A stretch of 64,000 bases of DNA from Methylococcales bacterium (GTDB lineage: Bacteria > Pseudomonadota > Gammaproteobacteria > Methylococcales > Methylomonadaceae). Positions 28,762 through 37,826 of the stretch are shown piece after piece; the stretch's first letter is position 1, and the number at the start of each line of letters is the position of its first letter. The notes beneath the pieces are model-generated. The model was not told the DNA's origin and made no database searches. It saw only the letters and a list, made by a program, of their open reading frames with translations. The position numbers and the translations under genes were made by a program. The stretch lies in assembly GCA_028712795.1 (NCBI GenBank), contig JAQTPT010000015.1, forward strand, positions 5,619 to 69,618, given 5' to 3'.

Positions 28762-28996
28762 TCCATTAGGGGAACTCAGAGCAAAAGCCGATCAGGGGGA
28801 TACGACAGGGTCTGGCCTATTTTGTAAAAAATTCAACCACATTTTACCTATATATTTATATAGTCGAGTGTGAATGAGTGCAGCCGTCTCATGAAAACGA
28901 TACAAAGCTAACAACTGGCTTCGGCTCCGCCCATCGGCTTTGTTCAGGCCAAACTCAGGGGCGAGCGCACTGGGAGCCAAATCGCCAGACCGGCAG

Positions 28997-31900
28997 TCAA
29001 TGCCTGGTCAGCCGCTCATAGTCTGTGCGCGTAAGCACATAAACAGGGCTGGAGGAAATTGGGATGATCGCATATCCAGAGGCGTCAACTTTTAGCTCCT
29101 GGGTGTGTCCCACTGCATCCGCAAGCACCCAGGATTTCCCCTGATCAAGCCGTAGCGGCCAATTGCCCGCAGCTTCATCAGTCCGCCAAATCATCAAGGT
29201 TTCACCGAAGTAAGCCGCCTGGATATTGGCATCCTTGGCGTCAAAGGATTTATAAGGCAAACCGTCGATTAAGGCGCTCGCGGTATACATGGCTGCTTCG
29301 CCAGGCTTGTGGCCCATCGAGTAATCCCAGATCCTGCCATAGGCCAAGTCGTATTCGTGACCTATGCAGAAAGCCAGACCCAAGTAGTCGCTGCGACTGT
29401 TGACCCAGGCGATTATTTTTGCGACCTGCTCCGCCTGCCAGCGGCGTCCCGTCAAACCATGCATAGTCTTGGCGCCCGTCTCGCCCAGCCAGAAAGGCAG
29501 GCTGTTTTTTCTGCCAAGGCTGGCGTAAGTAGCCAGCACGCCCCGCTCATCCTCGTTTTCGCCATTGCCGATGGGTCCTCCGAAACGCGGAGCTTTTTGG
29601 GGATAGGCATGGACGTCCCAAGCGTCCTGATGCTGGTCCAGGCCTAGCTGCAATACCTGTTTGAACCACTGTCCCGCCCCCTCTTTGTCGCCCGGTCGCA
29701 CCAGACTGCCGCCAACGTAATGGGCGTCGCTGCGCTGCTTGTGCGCCTGTTCATACTCCCACTTGGCGCGTTCCACCCAATGCGCAGGGTCACGCAGCTT
29801 TTGCCATTGCGCCTCGCTGCGAATGTCGATCTCGTTGGTCGATTTGAAGAAGCGGGTAAATGTTGCTGCCGTATTGATAAAATTTTGGCCATCCGCCTGG
29901 TTGTCATTAAGCCAGTTGCTGTCGCCTGATGAGTCGGCAAACAAAACCAGGCCAAGTGTTTTCGCGCGCTCCCATTTAGCCCGATACTGCTGATCGAACC
30001 CCGGATAACTGCCGTAGCTTTTGTAGATACCCATTCGTTGCAGCCAGGAGAAATAACCGCCTTCCTGCATAAAGCTTTTGTCGCCGTCGGCGAGGGCGTA
30101 ATAGTCATTGTTCCATAGTTTTTTCTTGTCCAGTCTATGCTTTTGCTCGGCAGTTCCATTCACGACAGAGAAGCCATCGGCGGTATAGTTCATGATCAAC
30201 CGGCCTGCAGGCGTATACAAGGACGGATAGACGGCGTAGTAGCCGGGTTCGTTAATCTTGTTGAAGTTTATTTCGGCTTCGCCGGGGAACAAGCCGGTCA
30301 TTTCACGCTCTGCGATTTGGTTGCCGCTGAAGTCAACCAGACGCAGACGTAGTTTTGCCTGGAAACGGGGTAGCGGTGCCGGCAAGCTGGTTTCCTCCAA
30401 AATTGAATGCCAGCGCATATCCACCCGCAGTTTGAGGGGGTCGCCGGGATGTAAAAGATTGGCTGGCGCATCCACGAAGATCAGGGGGCGCAGCCTGGCG
30501 GCGATTGCGTTAAGCGCAAGATCGGCGCCGGGATCGGTCAGTTGCGTTTTGATTGAATCCAGAGGCTGGCCGGCTGGATCGGTGAACAGGCCGGCAAAGT
30601 AAAACCGCTGGCCTTGGTCATGCTGCATCACCAGCTTGACAAGCAGACTGTGCCAACCTTGCGGCAGATTCAACATGGCAAGTTGCGGGGCTTCGGGGCG
30701 ATCCGATAGGGCGGTTGCCACCAAGCCTTCGGTGGTCAGTCCATGCAGCAGGGTTTTAAATTGCTCTACTGAAAATGAGAAACCGATTGGCGGTTTCGGA
30801 TCATCGGCCAATTTGACAGGCTGTCCATCCAGCCAAGCGGCTGTTTTGATGCCGGATTGCTTCAGATGCAGCAGCGCTTCCATGGACTGATCGACGTGCA
30901 GGTAAAGCTGCGCATAGCCACTGCCGCGCGACCAGCCGTATGAATGCTGGGTGCTTGGCTCGATGTCGGCGATGCCGTTGGCTTGCGTGGGCGCGATACG
31001 CCAAGCCCGCATTTCCCCGCCCATCATTTGCAGGCTAAGATAGGGTTGGCCGGGATTCGGACGCAATACTGTTTCGCTATCCAGCCCGAAAATTGAAACG
31101 CCCGATAAGCCGTCCTGCAAACCGCCCGCCAGCCAGGCTTCCGGCACGCCGCTCTTAAGCGGCTTGGGCGCATCCGCACCAACCGCAGCCGGTGCGAGCA
31201 TCATGCCGGCTTTGCCAGGGTCGGAGAGAAATTTGGGCGCATCCTGTTCGCTATTGGGCTGGGCCAACACGCCAAGGATGCCGTAATGATCATCAGTCAT
31301 CACTGCTGCAGGCAGTGCCGGGAGATTCAAATTGCGGGCCAAGGCTTCGGCTTCCGGCCCTATCAGGTAGGATACCTGCAATTTTTCATAGTTTGGCCGC
31401 GCGGCATTGGAAGCCAGACCGCGAAACAGGACTTCATCTTTTTCACCTTTGCCATCGAGCACAACCAGACGTTGGTTTGCGGCAGGCACTGCCTTGGTCA
31501 GTGCCAGGAAGCGATTCCTGAACTGGGCCCGAGAGGCGTTCATCCAGTCACCCAGCGGTGTCTCCAGTTTCAGCAGGAAGGCGTCGAAAACTTTGGCACC
31601 GTCCGCCTTGCCGGTGTTTTTTATTTCCAGCCAGCGATCACCCGGCAACACGGTGACGGTAACTGCGGCTTGCAACCACTGATATTCCCAAGGCGTGGTG
31701 TTGGTCAGGTCGAAATCGCCGCGTGTGGACAGTTCATCCGGCTTTGCCCCGGCCTTGACCGTGAAATTTTGACTAACCTGGGAGACCTCGCCGCCGCTTT
31801 TGTAGCGGGCAAAAAAACGGTATTGTCCCGGAGCAATCGCCGGATTGAGTTCAAAACGAAAATTTGCGCCCCAGTTTCCGAAGCCCTGGTGAAAAACCTG

Positions 31901-32659
31901 AACCTCGTCATTTTCGGTCAACACTGATTCAGCACCGGGGCCACCAGTGGCTGTACCGGGTTGAACTTGCAAAGAGGGTTCTTTTTCTGCTGCCCCGAAT
32001 GCGGGCGCATTACCTAAATCCAGCAAAATCAGCGGTTTTTCTGCCGTGCCGCTGGCCGGCAGAGAAGACGATGGCGGGGCGAGCAGGAAGGCGTCGAAAA
32101 CCTTGGCATCATGACCGGCACCGCTATCCCGCACCTCGATAACGGCATCGTCGGCCTTAAGACTTACCTGCGACTCGGCGGCTATCCAGGCATAATCCCA
32201 ACCCTTGGGCTTTATAAGTAGCGTGGCACGCAGCTCCAGCCTGGATGGATCAGGTCCGGCCCAGACTTCGAAAGATTGCACGCAGACATTAGGATCTCCA
32301 CCCTGTTTCCAGCGCGCCCAAAAGGTATGCGGCTTGGTTGGAAGACCGGGTTTGACGTTGAAACGAAAGCTGACCTTCCAGCTCCCGAAGCCGGGGTGCA
32401 AGGAACTGACTTCATCTTTACCTGTCTGAATTGAAGCATCTCCTTCGTGGGCATAGACTTCGCCTGTAAACACCCGTGTTGTCTTATCGTCAACACCAAC
32501 CGACGCCGGCGCACTGCCCAGTTCAAGCAGCAGCGCCGGTCTTTCGGCTGTGCTTTTTATTGGCAATCCTGTGAGCACATCTGCGTTGGCAACGGATAAC
32601 CCGGCCAGCGCAACCAACGCCGTCTGTACTATAAAAAGAAATAGGATCAATGGCTTCAT
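28997..32659 (-). CDS. large secreted protein: two tandem ~160-aa CBM-like repeats plus a C-terminal clan GH-A-like (TIM-barrel glycosidase-like) region
   Basis: 1220-aa ORF with signal peptide MKPLILFLFIVQTALVALAGLSVANA. An internal repeat (aa ~38-200 vs ~207-367) shares LLxLGxAPA, GFGxW..FRF, FxARxKxGG and AKVFDAFLL. The C-terminal motifs TNEIDI (aa ~942), VHAYP (~1017) and WLGETG (~1060) appear in the order expected for a clan GH-A acid/base, His-x-Tyr and nucleophile. Confidence 0.7.
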   Translation of the reverse strand: MKPLILFLFIVQTALVALAGLSVANADVLTGLPIKSTAERPALLLELGSAPASVGVDDKTTRVFTGEVYAHEGDASIQTGKDEVSSLHPGFGSWKVSFRFNVKPGLPTKPHTFWARWKQGGDPNVCVQSFEVWAGPDPSRLELRATLLIKPKGWDYAWIAAESQVSLKADDAVIEVRDSGAGHDAKVFDAFLLAPPSSSLPASGTAEKPLILLDLGNAPAFGAAEKEPSLQVQPGTATGGPGAESVLTENDEVQVFHQGFGNWGANFRFELNPAIAPGQYRFFARYKSGGEVSQVSQNFTVKAGAKPDELSTRGDFDLTNTTPWEYQWLQAAVTVTVLPGDRWLEIKNTGKADGAKVFDAFLLKLETPLGDWMNASRAQFRNRFLALTKAVPAANQRLVVLDGKGEKDEVLFRGLASNAARPNYEKLQVSYLIGPEAEALARNLNLPALPAAVMTDDHYGILGVLAQPNSEQDAPKFLSDPGKAGMMLAPAAVGADAPKPLKSGVPEAWLAGGLQDGLSGVSIFGLDSETVLRPNPGQPYLSLQMMGGEMRAWRIAPTQANGIADIEPSTQHSYGWSRGSGYAQLYLHVDQSMEALLHLKQSGIKTAAWLDGQPVKLADDPKPPIGFSFSVEQFKTLLHGLTTEGLVATALSDRPEAPQLAMLNLPQGWHSLLVKLVMQHDQGQRFYFAGLFTDPAGQPLDSIKTQLTDPGADLALNAIAARLRPLIFVDAPANLLHPGDPLKLRVDMRWHSILEETSLPAPLPRFQAKLRLRLVDFSGNQIAEREMTGLFPGEAEINFNKINEPGYYAVYPSLYTPAGRLIMNYTADGFSVVNGTAEQKHRLDKKKLWNNDYYALADGDKSFMQEGGYFSWLQRMGIYKSYGSYPGFDQQYRAKWERAKTLGLVLFADSSGDSNWLNDNQADGQNFINTAATFTRFFKSTNEIDIRSEAQWQKLRDPAHWVERAKWEYEQAHKQRSDAHYVGGSLVRPGDKEGAGQWFKQVLQLGLDQHQDAWDVHAYPQKAPRFGGPIGNGENEDERGVLATYASLGRKNSLPFWLGETGAKTMHGLTGRRWQAEQVAKIIAWVNSRSDYLGLAFCIGHEYDLAYGRIWDYSMGHKPGEAAMYTASALIDGLPYKSFDAKDANIQAAYFGETLMIWRTDEAAGNWPLRLDQGKSWVLADAVGHTQELKVDASGYAIIPISSSPVYVLTRTDYERLTRH

Positions 32660-32880
32660 AGCTTAAGGAAAGTTTGTATGTGGGACAAATTGACGCGCTC
32701 GCAGGATGGTGAGCGATGCAACACTTGTGTGTATAATAGCGGTTTTTTCAGTCGGGCTAACCAGAAAATGTGTTAAATGTGCGGTTGGATTCGATACCGG
32801 AAACTGATTCCCATGCAACGCGGTATCCCGAAGGAATTATTTGCGAGAGAATTACTTTTGATGATTAAACACGGAAATTA

Positions 32881-34446
32881 ATGAAAGATATCATTACCGG
32901 TTTTGTTCTGGATATTTTTAGAAAACGGGATTGGTCGATGCTTGTGCCGATACCACGAGGATCGTTTAACTCTGTTTTCGGCTGGATGAAATTCAAAAAT
33001 ATTTTATCGTTAAAATCCCTTATCGTTTTAGGCTTTGTGATTGCCGTTATTCCGCTTTTTTTGGCTGTAATGTACGCTGCTTTTGGCATGCGCGAAACCT
33101 CGGCATTGGGCAGGACAATCAATTCTCAGGTTTTCGAACAGACCAAGGCGATACGGCTGGTTTTGCAAAAGACTGCCGATGTTGAGCGAAAAGCCAGACT
33201 ATTCGTTCTGCTGTCGGATCCCCTTGTACGTCAGCCTTATGAGCAGCAATCTTATGAAAGTACACGGGCATCGTTCAAACAAGCCTTGGGTGAGTTACTC
33301 AAACTACATGTAGATAACAAAATCGCATTATTGGTCAACGAATTATCGGAAAAGGAAAATCTGATTTATCAACAAATCATTGGCTCTGCGAATGATGAAA
33401 ATCTCAAGTTGCCGGTCGATGAAGCATTCCAGGGGTTGCGTGAGTCCTCCTATAGACTTTCACGAGAATTCGAGAACCACGTTGATCATGAGTTTAACGA
33501 ATTACGCCAGCAATCAGAATCCCTTGAACAAGGACTATTTATCAAGGGCGCGGTTCTGTTTGTAATCTCGTTTATATTCATTGCGATACTTCTGATCATA
33601 CTCTCGCGTTCAATGCGGCAACTGGATACGGGCATTCGCCGTCTTGGCTCGGGGCAGCTCAAAGAGCCAATCGTCATTTCAGGCCCTTCTGATATGCGGT
33701 ATCTGGGTAATCGTCTGGAATGGCTTCGAACGCATTTGATGGAACTGGAGGTTTCGAAACAACAGTTTATGCACAATGTGGCTCGCGAGATCAATCTTCC
33801 GTTGGAGAGTATCCGCAAAGGCGCGGAACTGCTTGTAAATGAGACGGATGGGGAGCCGGGCAGTGCGCAACAGGATATCGCATCGCTGCTATGCAGCAAT
33901 GTTGACAAGCTGAAAACAGTATCCGAGGAATTGGTTCGTTATAGTCAAATCCACTCGAAGCCGGAATTGAACCACAAGGCAACCATCAATATGAAGTATT
34001 TGCTTGAGTCAGTTATCGAGGATTTTCAAGCCAGTCTACTGGCTAAATCGATTAGTTTGAAAAAGCTGGTTAGACCAGTCGAGATTTCCGGAGTCGAGGA
34101 GCAGTTGCGAAGTATTATCGAGAAGTTGATGTCGAATGCGGTCAAATATTCGCCAGTGGGCGGTGAAATACGCATTATGCTTCGCGATTCGGGCATGCAG
34201 ATGGAATTGGAAATCGAAGATGAGGGACCGGGTATCGAACCCAATGAACGTTCGCATGTATTCGAGCCATTTTTTCGTGGCAAGTCCAGCCAAAGCGGCG
34301 ATAATGTTGAGAGCCCCGGATTGGGACTCGCCATTGTCAGGGAATATGTCACCAGCCATCAGGGAAAAATCGATATTATTGACTCAAGACAAGATCAACA
34401 AGGAGCCCGCATCCGCGTTCAAATACCACTAGCAGGAGAGGCCTGA
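32881..34446 (+). CDS. membrane sensor histidine-kinase-like protein with a degenerate H-box
   Basis: Two TM segments flank a ~165-aa helical periplasmic domain, followed by HAMP and an intact HATPase_c (NAVKYSP, DEGPGI, FEPFFRG, GLGLAIV). The DHp H-box reads FMHNVAREINLPL, with Arg where the phospho-acceptor His of SHELRTPL normally sits. An alternative start is at 32986. Confidence 0.8.
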   Translation: MKDIITGFVLDIFRKRDWSMLVPIPRGSFNSVFGWMKFKNILSLKSLIVLGFVIAVIPLFLAVMYAAFGMRETSALGRTINSQVFEQTKAIRLVLQKTADVERKARLFVLLSDPLVRQPYEQQSYESTRASFKQALGELLKLHVDNKIALLVNELSEKENLIYQQIIGSANDENLKLPVDEAFQGLRESSYRLSREFENHVDHEFNELRQQSESLEQGLFIKGAVLFVISFIFIAILLIILSRSMRQLDTGIRRLGSGQLKEPIVISGPSDMRYLGNRLEWLRTHLMELEVSKQQFMHNVAREINLPLESIRKGAELLVNETDGEPGSAQQDIASLLCSNVDKLKTVSEELVRYSQIHSKPELNHKATINMKYLLESVIEDFQASLLAKSISLKKLVRPVEISGVEEQLRSIIEKLMSNAVKYSPVGGEIRIMLRDSGMQMELEIEDEGPGIEPNERSHVFEPFFRGKSSQSGDNVESPGLGLAIVREYVTSHQGKIDIIDSRQDQQGARIRVQIPLAGEA

Positions 34447-34468
34447 AAAATATGGAGCAACTATTTTT

Positions 34469-35044
34469 ATGCTGTTATTACTTCCTGTGCGACTAATTAG
34501 TTTGGCACTAAGTCTTTTGCTGCTGACAGGATGCGCCGAGTTCACAGCCGGTTGGGAAGGGCAACCAGACCGTTATAACAACACCTACGCGCAGTCAGAC
34601 TTTGATGAACTGCTTGGTTTCGGAGCCAACATGGCCAAAATGTCACCCTCGTCACGCGCCGAGGTGTGTCGCACATTACTGAAGCGCCAAAAAAATTCTC
34701 CCGGAGCGCTGATCAAGCTGCATCTGATGGTAGGCCGCTTACTTTCCGATGCCTGTGGTGACATTCCCAAAATTCTGTATGGAGTAGACTCTATCCCGCC
34801 CCGAAGCCTGCCCGATGAGCGGATGCAGAAACTTGTCGCTATTCATACGGAGGCTTTAAAACGTTTGCAAAATATGTCGAGAAAACTCGGTTCGCTGGAG
34901 CACAAACAAAAAACAGTCCAATCCGTGCTGGAATCGAAAACTGTAACCGGATCGAAGAAAAATGAAACTCGCCTTTTACGAGAAAAGCTGGAAGCAATCA
35001 GATCCATGGAGAAACACCTGGATGAAAGCGGCGAAGCAAATTAG
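34469..35044 (+). CDS. hypothetical lipoprotein encoded between the two kinase genes
   Basis: 191 aa with lipobox LLLTGC and a helical Lys/Glu-rich C-terminal half. No family was recognised. Confidence 0.6.
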   Translation: MLLLLPVRLISLALSLLLLTGCAEFTAGWEGQPDRYNNTYAQSDFDELLGFGANMAKMSPSSRAEVCRTLLKRQKNSPGALIKLHLMVGRLLSDACGDIPKILYGVDSIPPRSLPDERMQKLVAIHTEALKRLQNMSRKLGSLEHKQKTVQSVLESKTVTGSKKNETRLLREKLEAIRSMEKHLDESGEAN

Positions 35045-35049
35045 ATCAC

Positions 35050-36663
35050 ATGTTTCGTTATCGTTTGGCAGTTGTTGTCGTTGTCTCGTTCGGTTTTGTC
35101 TTGTTTTTAGGAATCGCGTTGTATTGGAGCTCAAACCAGGTTGCCTTGTATTTTCAGCGCAGCCAAACGGCGTATGAGGCTTTCGATCATTACGAGCGAT
35201 TGTCACAGGAAGCCTATCGCCACTTCAAACAGGAGATGGATAGGCTGATAACGGCCAGTCCAACCGCGAAAGCAGGAGCGGAATTATCCAGGCATCGTCT
35301 CTACGAGGCGATGCAGGAGCTTAGAAACACTGCAGTAAAGACAGCGGTCGCGGGGGATGGTCCCGAAGATTTGCCGGATAAACCCGCCGAACTGGAAAGA
35401 GTCGCCCATTTCATGGCCTTCCTGGATGCCAGCGAATATCAGTTCGACGAAGTCGAGCGGTTGCGTGAGCAGGGCAAGCACGAAATGGCAGTAGCAGCAC
35501 TATCGAAATTCTCGAAGGAAGAAATCGACGAAAAATTTCAGCCGCTAATTGATGCTGCCATCAACGCTGAACGGGAAAAGGCCGGGAAAGCAAAGCAAGA
35601 ACTGGAGGATTTAGTCGCTAAGTTGCGCTGGATCGCCCTCCTGGCATCATTGACTGCGGCGATGTTCAGCCTTACGTCCGGGTTATTACTGTTTCGCGGC
35701 ATTAGGAAACCTATCGAAGCGTTAATGAAGGGTACTAACGAAATAGCCTCTGGCAATTTGGATTATCGTATTTCTCTTGATACCCGCGATGAATTCACCT
35801 ACCTCGCCAACCATTTCAATCAAATGGCGCAGGAACTGGGGCTTCAGCAAGATAAACTGCGCGAGGGACGCGTTGTGCTGGAGAAAAGGGTGGCCGAACG
35901 CACTAACGAACTTCATCGCTTAAATGAAGAATTAAAACGCATGGACACTGCGCGACGGGAGTTTTTAGCCGACATCAGCCATGAGCTGCGCACCCCGATT
36001 ACCGTCATCCGCGGGGAGGCGGAGGTGACTCTGCGAGGCCGGGATCGCGATGCCGAGGAGTATAAGGATGCTTTACAGCGCATCGTCGAACTATCGATGC
36101 AATTGGGTAAATACGTCAATGACCTACTGTTTCTGGCCCGCACCGAAAATGCCAACCTCCAATTTGAGTGGGAAAACCTGGATCTGGCCGAACTGGTGGC
36201 CAGTACCGTCGAGGATTTTCAGTTAATGGCCGAGGCAAACTCGATTTCGGTTTCTCTGGATGCCTTAACCCGACCAGTGTGGGTGCGAGGAGACAAACAG
36301 CGGCTTCGACAGGTCCTGTTTATTCTGGGAGACAATGCCTGCCGGTATTCGAACCCTGGAGGACACATCACGGTCGCCCTACGGGTGGATGAAAATGAAA
36401 CTAGCTTCAGTCTCACAGATCAAGGCATAGGCATACCCACCCAGGATTTGGAGCGTATTTTCGACCGCCATTTCCGCAGCCCGAATGCCCTGCTCTCGCG
36501 GGACGATGGCACGGGCTTGGGCTTGCCAATGGCCAAGTCGATTCTGAAGGCACACGGCGGACGCATCACTGTGAACAGCACTGAAAATTCAGGCTCAACG
36601 TTTACGGTAACGCTTCCGCTGATTTTGGTAGAACAGGATAACAATCAGACAAATGAGCAATAA
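35050..36663 (+). CDS. membrane sensor histidine kinase (HAMP-HisKA-HATPase_c)
   Basis: Two TM segments, HAMP, the canonical H-box FLADISHELRTPITVI, and N/G1/G2 boxes (DNACRYS, DQGIGI, GTGLGL). Confidence 0.9.
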   Translation: MFRYRLAVVVVVSFGFVLFLGIALYWSSNQVALYFQRSQTAYEAFDHYERLSQEAYRHFKQEMDRLITASPTAKAGAELSRHRLYEAMQELRNTAVKTAVAGDGPEDLPDKPAELERVAHFMAFLDASEYQFDEVERLREQGKHEMAVAALSKFSKEEIDEKFQPLIDAAINAEREKAGKAKQELEDLVAKLRWIALLASLTAAMFSLTSGLLLFRGIRKPIEALMKGTNEIASGNLDYRISLDTRDEFTYLANHFNQMAQELGLQQDKLREGRVVLEKRVAERTNELHRLNEELKRMDTARREFLADISHELRTPITVIRGEAEVTLRGRDRDAEEYKDALQRIVELSMQLGKYVNDLLFLARTENANLQFEWENLDLAELVASTVEDFQLMAEANSISVSLDALTRPVWVRGDKQRLRQVLFILGDNACRYSNPGGHITVALRVDENETSFSLTDQGIGIPTQDLERIFDRHFRSPNALLSRDDGTGLGLPMAKSILKAHGGRITVNSTENSGSTFTVTLPLILVEQDNNQTNEQ

Positions 36664-36696
36664 CTTACTTACAATAATCCAATGAGCTTTGGCTAC

Positions 36697-37392
36697 ATGC
36701 GAGTTCTTTTAGTGGAAGACGATCAGCGGATTGTCGATTTTGTTCAGCGAGGGCTGAAGGCCGAAGGCTATATCGTAGAGGTCGCTCGTAGCGGTCTGGA
36801 GGCAATAGCGCTGGGTACAGAAGGCAAGTTTCAGATCATCATTCTGGATCTGGGCTTGCCTGATCTCAATGGCCGACAGGTTTGCGAGCACTTGCGTAAC
36901 GCTGGCGTCGACACTCCGATTCTAATGTTGACGGCCAGAGATACCGTGCAGGATAAGGTAACCGGCTTGCGCTCCGGTGCCGATGACTATATGACCAAGC
37001 CTTTCGCATTTGAAGAACTGCTTGCCAGAATCGAGGTGCTGATGCGTCGTGGTGGCGGAAAGATCAAACCGGAAGTCAAAGAATTGCAAATAGCTGACCT
37101 CATATTAAATATGGAAACGCATGAAGTGAGGCGTGGAGAAAAACTAGTCGACCTGACGCCGAAGGAATTTGCCTTACTCGAATATTTTATGCGAATGCCT
37201 GGCAAGCTGTTGAGCCGTACCCGGATACTGGAACAAGTATGGGGCTATAGTTCCGATCCATTAACTAATGTGGTGGATGTTTATATCCGCCAGTTGAGAC
37301 GAAAAATCGATGACGATCATGATGTTAAACTGCTCATTACTGTTCGGGGATACGGCTACAAACTGGATGCGCAGCAAGGCATGCGTATCTGA
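36697..37392 (+). CDS. OmpR/PhoB-family response regulator
   Basis: Receiver domain MRVLLVEDD...IILDLGLPD...KPF and winged-helix output LTPKEFALLEYF...VRGYGYKL. The ORF-track start at 36682 is also possible. Confidence 0.9.
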   Translation: MRVLLVEDDQRIVDFVQRGLKAEGYIVEVARSGLEAIALGTEGKFQIIILDLGLPDLNGRQVCEHLRNAGVDTPILMLTARDTVQDKVTGLRSGADDYMTKPFAFEELLARIEVLMRRGGGKIKPEVKELQIADLILNMETHEVRRGEKLVDLTPKEFALLEYFMRMPGKLLSRTRILEQVWGYSSDPLTNVVDVYIRQLRRKIDDDHDVKLLITVRGYGYKLDAQQGMRI

Positions 37393-37453
37393 AAATGATT
37401 TTTCCCTAATTTCACCGACACAATATTAAGAGACCATTTTGGCTTCAAAAGCT

Positions 37454-37735
37454 TCAGGACATAGCTATGCTTAAGTAAAGCCTTATGCGATTGTAATACA
37501 CGCCAATATATTCAAATATAAGTAGTTTTGCATCGGCACCAAGCGATAATAAGGTTGTTCTTCTTTGAATCTTGCCAAATTTAAATCGTGAGAGTGCTTT
37601 GCCTATCTTCATACTGGTAGCGTCGACTGTGCCTGATATTGAATAACATTTATTGGCATCGAGAATGTAGTTATTTATATTTGTCTCCGAATAAGGCTCT
37701 GTTGTGCTGTGAATTATTGACCCAGTAACGGAGGC
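37454..37735 (-). mobile_element. degraded IS3-family transposase (OrfB C-terminal) remnant
   Basis: My manual minus-strand translation gives ...GSIIHSTTEPYSE...ISGTVDATSM...LLIFEYIGVYYNRIRLY...stop. This parallels the IS3 integrase-core C-terminus (HSDxGxQY ... DNA ... IFEYIEVFYNRxRxH). There is no intact ORF and I saw no inverted repeats. Confidence 0.45.
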
Positions 37736-37787
37736 TACGGCCTCCGCTGATCCAAGCTGGCAATCCGCAATAAAGACACATAAAACT

Positions 37788-37826
37788 AAACCCCCTGCCC
37801 TGATTAATCAAGGCAGGGGGTTTTTA
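37788..37826. terminator. bidirectional rho-independent terminator hairpin
   Basis: AAACCCCCTGCC-12 nt loop-GGCAGGGGGTTTTT. It has a T-run on the plus strand and TTTAGTTTT on the minus strand. It lies between the two-component operon/IS remnant and the 3' side of grxD. Confidence 0.6.

Noticed and set aside
28848-28863. AT-only near-palindrome CTATATATTTATATAG between the EPS operon and the GH-like gene
   Set aside because: It is low-complexity AT sequence and such near-palindromes arise easily by chance. It has no second copy and no clear positional relation to a promoter.
28358-28996. Search for a JUMPStart/ops element (GGCGGTAG on the minus strand) in the EPS operon leader
   Set aside because: I did not find it by reading the region on both strands. 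The leader instead contains the 72-nt repeat, which is reported separately.
29309-32526. Many 60-213-aa ORFs on both strands inside the 1220-aa gene (for example 31286..31927 +, 29644..30159 -, 31407..31682 +)
   Set aside because: These are shadow ORFs typical of a long, relatively GC-rich coding region. They are Arg/Ala/Gly/Pro-rich and fully nested in a gene with a signal peptide and internal domain repeats.
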